Positions 19,162-28,960 of a stretch of 64,000 nt of DNA are shown in pieces. The stretch lies in IMG/VR virus record IMGVR_UViG_3300043465_002420. The stretch is one strand, 5' to 3'. Positions within the stretch are counted from its first letter, which is position 1. Every line of letters begins with the position of its first letter. A program made the position numbers and the translations under genes. This DNA comes from a virus. The notes below the pieces were generated by a model. It searched no databases and had not been told where the DNA came from. It saw only the letters and a program-made list of their open reading frames with translations.

Positions 19162-20010
19162 TTAGTTTTCGACCAACTTACCTTCAAAAGCCAATTTAGA
19201 GAACAAATAAGGGAATGCACTGCTTGTTGAGTGAAGTATAGCTAGGTCTTGACTGTATTCAAATACAGAAACATCTTCAGTATCAAAAAATGAATTTTTT
19301 ATTTTATTTTCAAGAACAAAAAGATTACATGCAACTTCTTCTCTATTTCTTCCATCTTCTCGTAACGCATACATCATATCTGACATTGGGTGTTTTTTGT
19401 ACAGTAGATTATTACAATACTGCAAAACCTGCTTTCCGTATTCTTTTAGTAAATTACCCTTCCAAAAAACTACGCCAGAATTAAATGGCATTAATGTTTG
19501 TTTCTCTAAATTGTCACCATTAAAATAGATAAATCGCATTTTTTGCTTAGAAATAGTTCCATTGTTAATCCCAACTAAAGGACAAGCTACAAATTCATAA
19601 TTAGAATATTTTTCGAAAATGAAATCAATTGATCTGAAACAGAATGTGTCTACATCTAAAAGAATTGCGTCATCAAAATCATAATTCTCAAATATGCACC
19701 TTTGTATGGAAACATAATTTTGTGATTTGTATGGAAGATCATTAATTTCTATAAGATTTATGTCCAAACTTTTAACAAGGCTGAAAATGTCTTCTTGGCG
19801 AAATAACATAAACCTTTTCGTATATTCTGGAGATATATCTTTAAATAACTTATTTGTTTGTTCCCAAGAATCTTTATTTAGGTCATTTACATAAAATAAA
19901 GTAATTGGGATTTTTGGATTGTGCTTTCTAAATGTTCTAACAGAAACACTAAACATAGCATTGTAAATTGGATTTTCATTTAAAACATAAACACAACACT
20001 TGTTGTTCAT
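19162..20010 (-). CDS. GT-A fold glycosyltransferase (GT8-like)
   Basis: ILLDVDTF (DxD), PFNSGVVF, ILHS. Confidence 0.7.
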   Translation of the reverse strand: MNNKCCVYVLNENPIYNAMFSVSVRTFRKHNPKIPITLFYVNDLNKDSWEQTNKLFKDISPEYTKRFMLFRQEDIFSLVKSLDINLIEINDLPYKSQNYVSIQRCIFENYDFDDAILLDVDTFCFRSIDFIFEKYSNYEFVACPLVGINNGTISKQKMRFIYFNGDNLEKQTLMPFNSGVVFWKGNLLKEYGKQVLQYCNNLLYKKHPMSDMMYALREDGRNREEVACNLFVLENKIKNSFFDTEDVSVFEYSQDLAILHSTSSAFPYLFSKLAFEGKLVEN

Positions 20011-20399
20011 TGGTCAAACCTACTGCCATTTTTTATGAAAACAAATTTAGTCACATAACAATCATTGATCTGCCAATAGCAGCCATCTTGATTGAATTTT
20101 GAATTTACGACTTTATAATTTGCTCTCAAATAATATTCTTCGTCAATTTTTTTAATCAAATAAACCTTGGAATAAACCCAACCATCTTTATCAATCGAGC
20201 TAACCATGCCAAGGCCAACATACTCATCCTTCCAATATACTGGTATAAATCCTTTTGATTTGATCAATTTGTCGATACAGTTATAATTAATCAAGACATG
20301 ATTTGAACTGATCGCATCTGCTTTCAAAAATGGAAGATCAATTGCTTTATCTTTATCAGCATAAAATACTATAAAGCAAAACAAAAGATTAATCATCAT
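20007..20399 (-). CDS. Hypothetical protein, possibly exported
   Basis: Short hydrophobic N-terminus; overlaps both neighbours. Confidence 0.5.
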   Translation of the reverse strand: MMINLLFCFIVFYADKDKAIDLPFLKADAISSNHVLINYNCIDKLIKSKGFIPVYWKDEYVGLGMVSSIDKDGWVYSKVYLIKKIDEEYYLRANYKVVNSKFNQDGCYWQINDCYVTKFVFIKNGSRFDQ

Positions 20400-20583
20400 G
20401 ATAAGAATCCAATGCTACTGATTTAGAATTAGTGCCATTTTTTTTAACTTCACTTTCTTTTCTCTCAGAACACTTTGAGCAAAATCTAATCGTAAACTTA
20501 TCAGGGCTACGAAATTGTTTATTGCACCAACCCAAACAGTTTACGATACCGCTTCTATCCATGATGTTTAATTTGCTTTTCAT
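20389..20583 (-). CDS. Small Cys-motif protein
   Basis: CLGWC...CSKCS. Confidence 0.55.
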   Translation of the reverse strand: MKSKLNIMDRSGIVNCLGWCNKQFRSPDKFTIRFCSKCSERKESEVKKNGTNSKSVALDSYHDD

Positions 20584-20592
20584 TGTTATCTC

Positions 20593-21387
20593 CTATTTTT
20601 GAATAGTACCAAAGTTTTTAAAATTCTTCAACAGGTTTTGCAAATTATTATTTCTATCTGTTTTAGCTTTCATGACATTTGATATTTCATCCATGCTCCA
20701 AGGTGTTCCAAATGAAATATTTGGCCTTAAATTATCAACACCAACATCCATGGTTAGATTGTTGCCTTTAGATAAAGAAATGACATCAATCAAACGATTT
20801 ACAGTATCATCATTTTGAGAAACATTTAAGATAGATGCAAAACTATCTCTATATAATTTAGCATCACATTCAAGTACCATTCCATCATCTTCTGGAGAGA
20901 GAAAGCCATGTGTATGACCATAAAGCATCCAAGAGCCATAAGATTTTTTATCCCATGATCTACAAGGATAATGAAAGGTAAAAACAACTTGTCCATCAAT
21001 TTTAAATGTATATTGATCATAGCAAGTGAAATATTTACTCATGTATTTACGATCATCATGATTTCCAAGTATTAAATACACATTAAAACAATTGATTCTA
21101 TCTCTTAATTTCTTAATATCTAAATCTCTATCTTTATTCTTTGTGTGACAAAAATCTCCAATAATAACTAAATTATCTTTTCTTGAAACAACAGAATTTA
21201 TCGAATCGATAATCGAATCAGTCATTAAATCAGTAGATTCTTTGCTTATTACAACATCGGAAATTGGAATTACTTTTTTGTTTACTAAATCAAGCATATC
21301 TTGTTCGATTTTTGAACAAAATGGCCTATTGCAATACTTGATGATGTTACTATGATTCAAATGCAAGTCGGCAGTAAAAAACCACAT
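20593..21387 (-). CDS. Calcineurin-like metallophosphoesterase
   Basis: TADLH, GDF, LGNHD, FHYP, YGHTHG. Confidence 0.9.
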   Translation of the reverse strand: MWFFTADLHLNHSNIIKYCNRPFCSKIEQDMLDLVNKKVIPISDVVISKESTDLMTDSIIDSINSVVSRKDNLVIIGDFCHTKNKDRDLDIKKLRDRINCFNVYLILGNHDDRKYMSKYFTCYDQYTFKIDGQVVFTFHYPCRSWDKKSYGSWMLYGHTHGFLSPEDDGMVLECDAKLYRDSFASILNVSQNDDTVNRLIDVISLSKGNNLTMDVGVDNLRPNISFGTPWSMDEISNVMKAKTDRNNNLQNLLKNFKNFGTIQK

Positions 21388-21451
21388 TTATTATCCTCGT
21401 AAATCAAGTAATTACGAATGATAACAAAAAGATAAATTTTCAACAATTAAA

Positions 21452-21868
21452 TTATTTTTCTTTTTTCCAAGAAATTGGTTTACTAGTTTTCTTTCTTTTA
21501 ACGCCAGTTTTTGTACATGCTGATAATGTTGGTCTGCAAGCTGGATATTTTCTTTCAGTACCTTTGCCAGCTTTTTTACGGCCACAAGGAACAAGGTTCC
21601 CTTTTTTACTGGCTTTACAATCAATCCAACCTTTACCTTTATTTCTGCTAAACCATCCATGAAGACCTTTTTCTTTTTCTGCTTTAAAAGTGTCTTCATT
21701 CATATTTGATTTTTTTTTGGAATTGCCCCAATTAGAAGCACCAACTTTACGACATTTGACTAGCGCACCACTAGCATAAGCACTGGGAAAAACATCATAT
21801 CTGCTTTTTACCTTGTGGTAACAAGCATCTTTTTCTTCACGCAATTCTAGCCATTCACTAAATTTCAT
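21452..21868 (-). CDS. Basic phage protein, probable virion component
   Basis: MKFSEWLELREE; DACYHKVKSRY..PSAYASGALVKCRK and KYPACRPT motifs, recalled from myovirus hypotheticals (unverified). Confidence 0.6.
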   Translation of the reverse strand: MKFSEWLELREEKDACYHKVKSRYDVFPSAYASGALVKCRKVGASNWGNSKKKSNMNEDTFKAEKEKGLHGWFSRNKGKGWIDCKASKKGNLVPCGRKKAGKGTERKYPACRPTLSACTKTGVKRKKTSKPISWKKEK

Positions 21869-21932
21869 ATTATCCTATTAATCTTTAAGTTTAATCTATT
21901 TATCTTTATGGTTTTAAAAATTAATTAATTTT

Positions 21933-22190
21933 TTATTTTTTAGATAAACCGACTATCCTTCTTTGTTCTATTCCATTGATTATAAAAATGGTTGTAGGAT
22001 AAAAGAAAACATTGAATTGTTGTGCAATGTCGATGTTTTCTTCAACATTACAAAAAATAAGATTATAATTTGATTTTTCTTTTTTGCTAATAGTCAACTG
22101 TTGAAAAGATGGATTTCCCCAAGGAACCCAAAAAACAATTCTCCATTTTCCATGACTCAAAATGGCAAAGTTACTTGATGTTAATTCCAT
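21933..22190 (-). CDS. Thioredoxin-fold protein lacking CxxC
   Basis: FWVPWGNPS in place of FWAPWCGPC; NVEENIDIAQQFNV..YPT. Confidence 0.65.
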   Translation of the reverse strand: MELTSSNFAILSHGKWRIVFWVPWGNPSFQQLTISKKEKSNYNLIFCNVEENIDIAQQFNVFFYPTTIFIINGIEQRRIVGLSKK

Positions 22191-22837
22191 AGAAAATCAA
22201 ATCCAAAATAATTATCACTTAATGATTGAGAAGGCGAAATCAATTTATTTTTTATTTCATGATAATTAACAAAATTAAATTCAGAGTGCCATCCATGTCT
22301 TATAAGTGTAGAATTAGAATTTGTTAAATTTTCTGGGAGCTTTCCAGTATATTTTGTAAACCCATACATGAATCTAATGAGTGCGATTTTTGTTTCTTTT
22401 ATAAGTTTGTTTTCTTGGAATTCTCCAAAAAAACAATTTTCAAAATTATCAATTTTCATATCATAATTTATAGATGCTCTAAGCATTAAGGTAAAAAGAG
22501 ATTTTTTCAACATGCAATCAAACCAAAAACTTGAAGGAGATATCCACAAAATATTATCCTTATCAGTCTTATTGAAATTAGAAAAAATAAAATTTTCATG
22601 TGAAACTGCCAAAATATTTTCGAATTTAATAACAAAACTTGCAACATCTTCGCTTTTTTCATGATAATGAGAAAAATAAAAACCTTTTATTTCAGATGTC
22701 ATTTTTCCTAAAAATTGCTCTCTGCAATGATCCCAAACTATAGGCTTAAATGCTTCTGGCTCTAATGCAAATTGACCAACTGGAGGTGGTTGATATACAA
22801 AATTAATATTTTTAATTTCTCCAAATTTAGCTTTCAT
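22181..22837 (-). CDS. Hypothetical protein, paralog of 47923-48516
   Basis: Shared WxxCRE, SH, SLFT..R, YTGK and GW motifs. Confidence 0.65.
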   Translation of the reverse strand: MKAKFGEIKNINFVYQPPPVGQFALEPEAFKPIVWDHCREQFLGKMTSEIKGFYFSHYHEKSEDVASFVIKFENILAVSHENFIFSNFNKTDKDNILWISPSSFWFDCMLKKSLFTLMLRASINYDMKIDNFENCFFGEFQENKLIKETKIALIRFMYGFTKYTGKLPENLTNSNSTLIRHGWHSEFNFVNYHEIKNKLISPSQSLSDNYFGFDFLWN

Positions 22838-22850
22838 TAAGCCTCAAAGG

Positions 22851-23510
22851 TTAAATATGAATCATTTTTTTCAAATTAAGATTATGAAATAATTTGTCAA
22901 TCCAATTAGCATAGTTGTTTGCCATATCAAGCATATCTGCATTCCACACGCAATAAAGGGAATAGAATTTATTATATAATATCTTTAAAATTTTATCTAT
23001 ATTTTTAATTCTATTATCTGCAATATTATTCACATCAAGACTTTCCCATAAAATTTCTTTCACTTCGGAATTCTCATATATAAAATACGAATCAAACAGA
23101 TACACAAACGATTCCCACATCATAAAATAAGCATCTTGCTGATTTGATGGCGTAATATAACTTGAATAATTCAACGAAAGTGAATCGAAATAATTAAAAA
23201 TAAAATTTTCATAATCATCATATTCAACAATATGACTTGATAAGGTTTTATAAATTAAATTTCTATCTATGTAATTTTTATTTTTTAAAAATTCGTACCA
23301 ATCAGTGTTGAATTTTTTAAATGATTTAAATTGAATTATATAATTGCCTGGGCCTTTTTGCTTATCGTTCCATTTTATATCAATCAAAATATAATTATTT
23401 GATTCTGTCATAAAAACTGATTTTAATATAAAAAAAGCATTATCGCAATGTTGAACAATAGGTATATCATTCAAATTATTTCGATTTAAAAACTCTTCAA
23501 TTATTTTCAC
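22851..23510 (-). CDS. Hypothetical protein
   Basis: 219-aa ORF in operon. Confidence 0.6.
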   Translation of the reverse strand: MKIIEEFLNRNNLNDIPIVQHCDNAFFILKSVFMTESNNYILIDIKWNDKQKGPGNYIIQFKSFKKFNTDWYEFLKNKNYIDRNLIYKTLSSHIVEYDDYENFIFNYFDSLSLNYSSYITPSNQQDAYFMMWESFVYLFDSYFIYENSEVKEILWESLDVNNIADNRIKNIDKILKILYNKFYSLYCVWNADMLDMANNYANWIDKLFHNLNLKKMIHI

Positions 23511-24177
23511 TAGGAACTAATTCCTTATCAATTATTGGCAAGCTTGGATTTAAAATGTCTTCTTTTTTCTGAAAATTTAAATTAATTTTATCTTGAATAC
23601 TTTTAAGTTCAATTTTGATGTTAGATATCATCGATTTGATTTCTTTATATTCTTCTTTTGTTTGTGATTTTTCTATACATTGCATCAGAACTTCATTTTT
23701 TTTGTTAATGTCTAATAACATGGCTTTAAGTTCCTCTATATTTTTTGAAAAATCTTTTATTGCATCGTTGCTTTCGATATGTTTATTTAGTGTTTTTAAC
23801 TTGTTAATTTCATTTTGAATTAAAGAAAATCTTTCCAAAAAGCTTTCTTCATTATTTTTAGTTTGTATCTTATTTTCAATTATTTTATTTTTTGAAAATA
23901 AAATAAACTTCTGATTTGTGTGCAACAAACAATCTTTGTCGTTATAATCACAAACTAATTTTTTGCTATTTTCATTTAATGAATGAATATAAATCACTGG
24001 TATTAGATTATTTAGTACTGGTACCTTTACGAGATCGGCATTTGGAAGTATTGCATCAATATAATCATGCTTTACAACATCTTTATTGAGTAAAATCTCC
24101 AAGACATAATTATCTTTGTTGATTTGTTGCGGATTCGAAAAAAGCAAAACAAAAAAAATAAAAACTACATTGTTCAT
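23497..24177 (-). CDS. Exported or membrane-anchored coiled-coil protein
   Basis: Hydrophobic N-terminus, heptad-rich C-terminal half. Confidence 0.55.
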   Translation of the reverse strand: MNNVVFIFFVLLFSNPQQINKDNYVLEILLNKDVVKHDYIDAILPNADLVKVPVLNNLIPVIYIHSLNENSKKLVCDYNDKDCLLHTNQKFILFSKNKIIENKIQTKNNEESFLERFSLIQNEINKLKTLNKHIESNDAIKDFSKNIEELKAMLLDINKKNEVLMQCIEKSQTKEEYKEIKSMISNIKIELKSIQDKINLNFQKKEDILNPSLPIIDKELVPSENN

Positions 24178-24398
24178 TTTATTCCCTCAAAAAATTCTTT
24201 TTGAAATGTAAAGTCATCAGTATGCATCCAACATTTAGACTTTTCATTCCAATAAATAGGATAATATTTTGGCATAGTATCTAAAATATCAAAAAGATTT
24301 CCAGCAGATGATGCATGCTCAATAGATCTTTGAAAAATCAAAGGATGCACTTCTGAATATCTTTTTTTTAAAGATGCGATGATTTCATCATCAATCAT
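24174..24398 (-). CDS. Hypothetical protein
   Basis: 74 aa, 4-nt overlap with the next gene. Confidence 0.6.
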   Translation of the reverse strand: MIDDEIIASLKKRYSEVHPLIFQRSIEHASSAGNLFDILDTMPKYYPIYWNEKSKCWMHTDDFTFQKEFFEGIK

Positions 24399-24693
24399 TG
24401 ATCTTTTTCCCAGTAAAGAAATCTCTTGGGCCAGATGGAGATTTCTTTAATACATAAAATCTAAATGCAACACAACATACGACACCACCCAATATAGACA
24501 TAATAAAACCAGAAGGTTCATATGGAGCATTGCCAAAATCCAAAAGCCAATTGATCATTCCGCCAATAAACGATCCAGCCACGCCAATAAGAATTGTCGG
24601 CAAACAACCCAAAGGATCATCACCAGGGTGAATAGCTTTGGCAATACATCCAGTAACTAATCCAAAAAATGACCAAATAATTAAACTAAACAT
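24391..24693 (-). CDS. GlsB/YeaQ/YmgE (transglycosylase-associated) membrane protein
   Basis: FGLVTGCIAKAIHPG...TILIGVAGSFIGG...SILGGVV. Confidence 0.85.
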   Translation of the reverse strand: MFSLIIWSFFGLVTGCIAKAIHPGDDPLGCLPTILIGVAGSFIGGMINWLLDFGNAPYEPSGFIMSILGGVVCCVAFRFYVLKKSPSGPRDFFTGKKIND

Positions 24694-24695
24694 TT

Positions 24696-25535
24696 TTACC
24701 TCTCAGTTTTTTTAATTTGCAAATAGGAATCAGGAGTTACTTTGTTTGTTATATCTTTAGACAGACCATTAATATAACGAACATAGGTTTTTTCAAAATC
24801 AGAATAATCTTTAAAACCAAGAACTTTCTTTACAGATTCATTAGAGCCACTTTGAAATGATGTTTTTAAAAAGCTATGGAGTTTCAATTCTCCAAATTCT
24901 TTCCTCAAAAGAAGACACAATGCCACAGACTGATTAATGAATAATTTCTGCTTGTCTTGGCCCAATTTAACAAATTGCTGTTCATTCATATTTAAAATTG
25001 TTTGAATGTCATAAATCTTGACATTACTTAAATTTGACAAATCCAATTTAATATCATCAATCATTCCATTTAAGCTACTCATTCCTTTTTTAGACCATAA
25101 GGGTAACTTAACTAGATTTGATGATTCAAATTCAGCAAGAATAATTTCAGTTAAATAAATAGGCAAAACTTTTGATGGCTTATCGTCTAATACCAACCAC
25201 ATTGCCGTTATTTCTATTTCATCATTTTTTTTTCTAATTTCAATTTTTGACGAATCAAGATTAAACAATTTTTTAAGCAGGTTTTTATCTGGAACGCAAA
25301 ATATCCTACATTCTTTGGAAAATTTGATGTCTGAAAATCCCCATCTTGTTAAACACCATATTTTAATATCTTCTAAATTATTTTTCATCCAATAACCTTG
25401 ATCATTGTCAATGCTCAAAATCGTAAAATTGGTTGTAATATATCTATTCCAAACCAAATTTTTGATTAATGGATCTTCAATGGGAGGTGGATCAAAACCT
25501 AAAAGTAACGCAAAAACAAACAACAAATTACACAT
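24696..25535 (-). CDS. Secreted hypothetical protein
   Basis: Signal-like N-terminus; weak resemblance to peptidase-MA-like proteins but no HExxH. Confidence 0.5.
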   Translation of the reverse strand: MCNLLFVFALLLGFDPPPIEDPLIKNLVWNRYITTNFTILSIDNDQGYWMKNNLEDIKIWCLTRWGFSDIKFSKECRIFCVPDKNLLKKLFNLDSSKIEIRKKNDEIEITAMWLVLDDKPSKVLPIYLTEIILAEFESSNLVKLPLWSKKGMSSLNGMIDDIKLDLSNLSNVKIYDIQTILNMNEQQFVKLGQDKQKLFINQSVALCLLLRKEFGELKLHSFLKTSFQSGSNESVKKVLGFKDYSDFEKTYVRYINGLSKDITNKVTPDSYLQIKKTER

Positions 25536-26544
25536 TGTTATACCTCTGATTTATTGATATCTTATCTAATATAGTTTGAGCTTGATTTTTAATTGATTTT
25601 TGCAAATCACTAAGATGAAAAAATTCCAAAATTCTAGGACATCCACATATACTTTCGCTATTTGCAAATCTATTCAATAACCATATTTTTGTTTTATAAA
25701 TATTTGAATCAAAAATTGAAAAATTATTGTCGTGACCAAATCCAATTATATCAAACAAATCATTTAAGGATATAATGTTGTTTTTATCTAAATTTTTTAT
25801 ATATGAAAAATCTTTTTTTTTCACATTATCTATGAAGCTTACAAACATAAGAACCCAATTTTTTATATCTTCGCAATCTAAAGAGCCTTCTGGCCATCGT
25901 AACTCTAAAGTCTTTCTTAAATTCGTTTTTAATCGCAAAGCATTATAAAAATTAACTAAATTTAAATTTTTTCTTCTTGCCATATGATCATCTATCTGTG
26001 GCCTGTATATATTAAAAACTCCCCTATAACCATAATTTTTATACTGGTAAGGAATTAAATTGAAATCGAATTTTGGTTTTAAATTTTGACAATATTTGTT
26101 ATCCCATCTTCTTATTGGGAGGGCAAACATAAGTATTGGCTCTATTGTAAGCCAATACATTAAGATTCTTCCAACAGATTCTTCATCCAAATCTATAGCA
26201 TCCGCATGAATATGAAGACCACAATTGTCATTAACTATTCCGCCATGATCTTTTATTTTTTTAACTATTTTCAAAATATGATGCAGATCTTTTAACGAAG
26301 AGCAAACAAAGGTTGCTATTTCTACTCCATTTGGGCCATCAGAACCTCTAGGGCCACAACTTCCATCGGTTTTTACATGCCAATTTTTATTGTCGTAAGA
26401 TACGGCATATCTAGAAACTTTAACACCACGATTAGAATTTTCATTTATAATTTCTTTTATTTTTTTCTTAGATAAATTATTTGACAATTCGATTTCAATT
26501 CCGAATCTTCTGGATGACGAAAAATCTTTAAAATTTATTATCAT
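25528..26544 (-). CDS. Putative amidoligase (COOH-NH2 ligase type 2)
   Basis: FGIEIE, WHVKTDGS, GVEI, CGLHIH, TLELRWPEGSL. Confidence 0.85.
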   Translation of the reverse strand: MIINFKDFSSSRRFGIEIELSNNLSKKKIKEIINENSNRGVKVSRYAVSYDNKNWHVKTDGSCGPRGSDGPNGVEIATFVCSSLKDLHHILKIVKKIKDHGGIVNDNCGLHIHADAIDLDEESVGRILMYWLTIEPILMFALPIRRWDNKYCQNLKPKFDFNLIPYQYKNYGYRGVFNIYRPQIDDHMARRKNLNLVNFYNALRLKTNLRKTLELRWPEGSLDCEDIKNWVLMFVSFIDNVKKKDFSYIKNLDKNNIISLNDLFDIIGFGHDNNFSIFDSNIYKTKIWLLNRFANSESICGCPRILEFFHLSDLQKSIKNQAQTILDKISINQRYNNV

Positions 26545-26822
26545 TATTGATCCAGATCCACCAACCCATTTTGTTGCCTACTTCTTCTTAAAACCTCATT
26601 AAGTTCTTCTTCATATTTTTGATCCCAATTTTTCGTCAGAGGAACATCTGCTTCTGCGTTTTGTAAAGAATTTTCTGTTTGCCCTAATACATTTAAAACA
26701 TCAATAAAAAAACCCTTTTGCTCTTCTCTCAATCTGACCAAAAAGCTACTAAGATAAAATAAAATTATCGTATTTAAAATAAGAAAAAACAAAACGATTA
26801 TATCAAAAATTAAATTTTGCAT
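26544..26822 (-). CDS. Hypothetical membrane-anchored protein
   Basis: Start moved to ATG 26822, just after the upstream stop; N-terminal TM helix. Confidence 0.6.
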   Translation of the reverse strand: MQNLIFDIIVLFFLILNTIILFYLSSFLVRLREEQKGFFIDVLNVLGQTENSLQNAEADVPLTKNWDQKYEEELNEVLRRSRQQNGLVDLDQ

Positions 26823-26827
26823 TTTTT

Positions 26828-28960
26828 TTACAAATAAAACTGTGTTGGTGCCTGTGGTCTGATTGAAGTAATATCGATTACCGAAACATCTAACAATGTA
26901 AGTTTCTCTAAAATTCTGCAATTAAGAGTGTTGGCATCCCAGTATGTTCCATTAAACAAACCTATACTATCATATATTGTAAAATTATCAACAACAACAT
27001 TAAAATTATTTATTACGAAATTATCTCTAAAATGAACATTAATAGTAAAATCAAGACCATACGAACTTGCACTAACACATATATCCTCTGATGGAAAATA
27101 GGCTAAAATTCTACTATCGACATCGTCACCAGTTACAAGATTTGTCTTGTTTACATACAATGAAAATTTCCAAAGATTAGAACTTAGTTCATTTTCTCCA
27201 AAATAATTAACACAAGACCACTCAATGTTAATCTGCCATTTTTCGGCAACATTTGTACTTCCTATGCCTGTAAAAGAAAATGATCTCTGCCAAGATTCTG
27301 TTCTTGCACTGTAAAACATTTCAATGTTTTCACTTAATGAAAATCCATTGTTATCTAAAAATTTCTTTAGTACCGTGGCCTTGTCAAAATTATGCTTTAA
27401 ATAAAGTAATTTTGGAATTGCATCACACAAACCACACGCTGTATTAATTGTTTCGGATATCGGAATCATTACTTGATCCACAGATTCTGAAAAACTTACT
27501 TCAAAATTACTAATTTCTACAGCCATACCCATACCAATATTATCTGCAAAGAATAATGATGATGCAATAGTTCCAGAAAGATCAATTATTCCGCTTCCTT
27601 TATATTTATAGCCTGACAAAAATGACAAAGAAGATTCCTCTAGCAATATTGGAGATAATATTGTTGTGTACCAGAAATCTCCCAAAGAAGAATCTCTAGC
27701 CTCGCCTGTTCCATCAATCAAAATGAAACCAGAATCTGCTTCATAGGCATACGAAGCGACCTTTACAAATATGGAACCACCTACTGTAATTGCTCCATCA
27801 GATTCATAATAAAAATATGGCGACACAATTGAAGCGGTGCCAAAAATAAAAGCATTGCCTTCTGCATAGTTCCAAATATATGGCGTACCTGAAATGGATA
27901 TCCCACTAACTAAAACTACACCATTAGCATTTTGCAATATGGGATATTCTGCTTCCCCATAAATAATTATCCCAGCATAAGTCGGATATGTATCGCTTTT
28001 TCCAGTAGAAACAAAACTTAATTTGAATCGCACCAAAGCATCATTAGAAACAACGATACTTCCCGATCCATTATATCTCCAACTAGGACTTATAATTTCT
28101 GGATTGCCTCCTACAATTATATTTCCACTTCCTTCAAATGTTCGATACGAATACACAAGTTCAGATTCCCCATAAATTAAAGAATCTCCAGATCCAATGT
28201 AGCCGAAGTAATTATTTGAAAATTCTGCCGAACCAGACAATAAAATTATTCCAGACCCAACATACGAAGATGTTAATTTGACACTTCCGCCAATTACAAT
28301 ACCTCCAGTGGCAGCAAAAACATTCATTTTAAGTACACTTGTAGAAACTCCCATTTTCACTGTTGGTGTTGGTAAAACGGTAAATTGTAAACATTGTGGT
28401 ATTTGAGAAAATGGAACAGGTTCAAAGCATTGAGATGTTGGAACAAATTCGCCATTTGTTGCTATGCCAGTAGATCCAATTGCAAAAAAAGATTCAATTG
28501 GATGAACAGATCTTTCTATGGTTTCAATTGGCCAAGTCCAATTAACATCGCTTAGAAATTGACAAACTTCTTGCAAATTTCTTGCAATTAGTTCTTGAAA
28601 CATTCTATTTAAACCATTTGGTATTCCACAAAATGGTATATAATCAGAATTATAATATTGACGACCAGTAACTCTGAATGTTCTTAATGGCAATTCGCCA
28701 ACATTATAAGAAAAATCATAAGATGCTTCAAACGATTGATTAATATCGTATGAGAAACTATATAAAAAATCTATATTAAAATTATATAATGAAGATGTAG
28801 TATTTGTAGCATTTATAAATCCATCCGATACATATTTTGGACGACAAACACAAATTGATGATCCATAAATAGTTAAATATCCTGAACCTTTATATGCATT
28901 AGATTCATCACCATCTCCATATATCGCAATGCCACCAGTAGCTTCGTAGTTATAGATCAT
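26828..28960 (-). CDS. Large G/S/Y-rich repeat protein, probable virion structural protein
   Basis: Recurrent Y.(G/A)(S/T)GG(I/L).(I/L).G.A motif, e.g. ATGGIAIYGDG, GSGIILLSGSA, GSGNIIVGG. Confidence 0.55.
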   Translation of the reverse strand: MIYNYEATGGIAIYGDGDESNAYKGSGYLTIYGSSICVCRPKYVSDGFINATNTTSSLYNFNIDFLYSFSYDINQSFEASYDFSYNVGELPLRTFRVTGRQYYNSDYIPFCGIPNGLNRMFQELIARNLQEVCQFLSDVNWTWPIETIERSVHPIESFFAIGSTGIATNGEFVPTSQCFEPVPFSQIPQCLQFTVLPTPTVKMGVSTSVLKMNVFAATGGIVIGGSVKLTSSYVGSGIILLSGSAEFSNNYFGYIGSGDSLIYGESELVYSYRTFEGSGNIIVGGNPEIISPSWRYNGSGSIVVSNDALVRFKLSFVSTGKSDTYPTYAGIIIYGEAEYPILQNANGVVLVSGISISGTPYIWNYAEGNAFIFGTASIVSPYFYYESDGAITVGGSIFVKVASYAYEADSGFILIDGTGEARDSSLGDFWYTTILSPILLEESSLSFLSGYKYKGSGIIDLSGTIASSLFFADNIGMGMAVEISNFEVSFSESVDQVMIPISETINTACGLCDAIPKLLYLKHNFDKATVLKKFLDNNGFSLSENIEMFYSARTESWQRSFSFTGIGSTNVAEKWQINIEWSCVNYFGENELSSNLWKFSLYVNKTNLVTGDDVDSRILAYFPSEDICVSASSYGLDFTINVHFRDNFVINNFNVVVDNFTIYDSIGLFNGTYWDANTLNCRILEKLTLLDVSVIDITSIRPQAPTQFYL

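Noticed and set aside
26823-26921. N-terminal extension of ORF 26544-26921
   Set aside because: It overlaps the end of 26828-28960 by about 94 nt; ATG 26822 fits better. The extended starts of 10561-11871, 14099-15022, 34338-35642 and 43685-44932 were trimmed for similar reasons.
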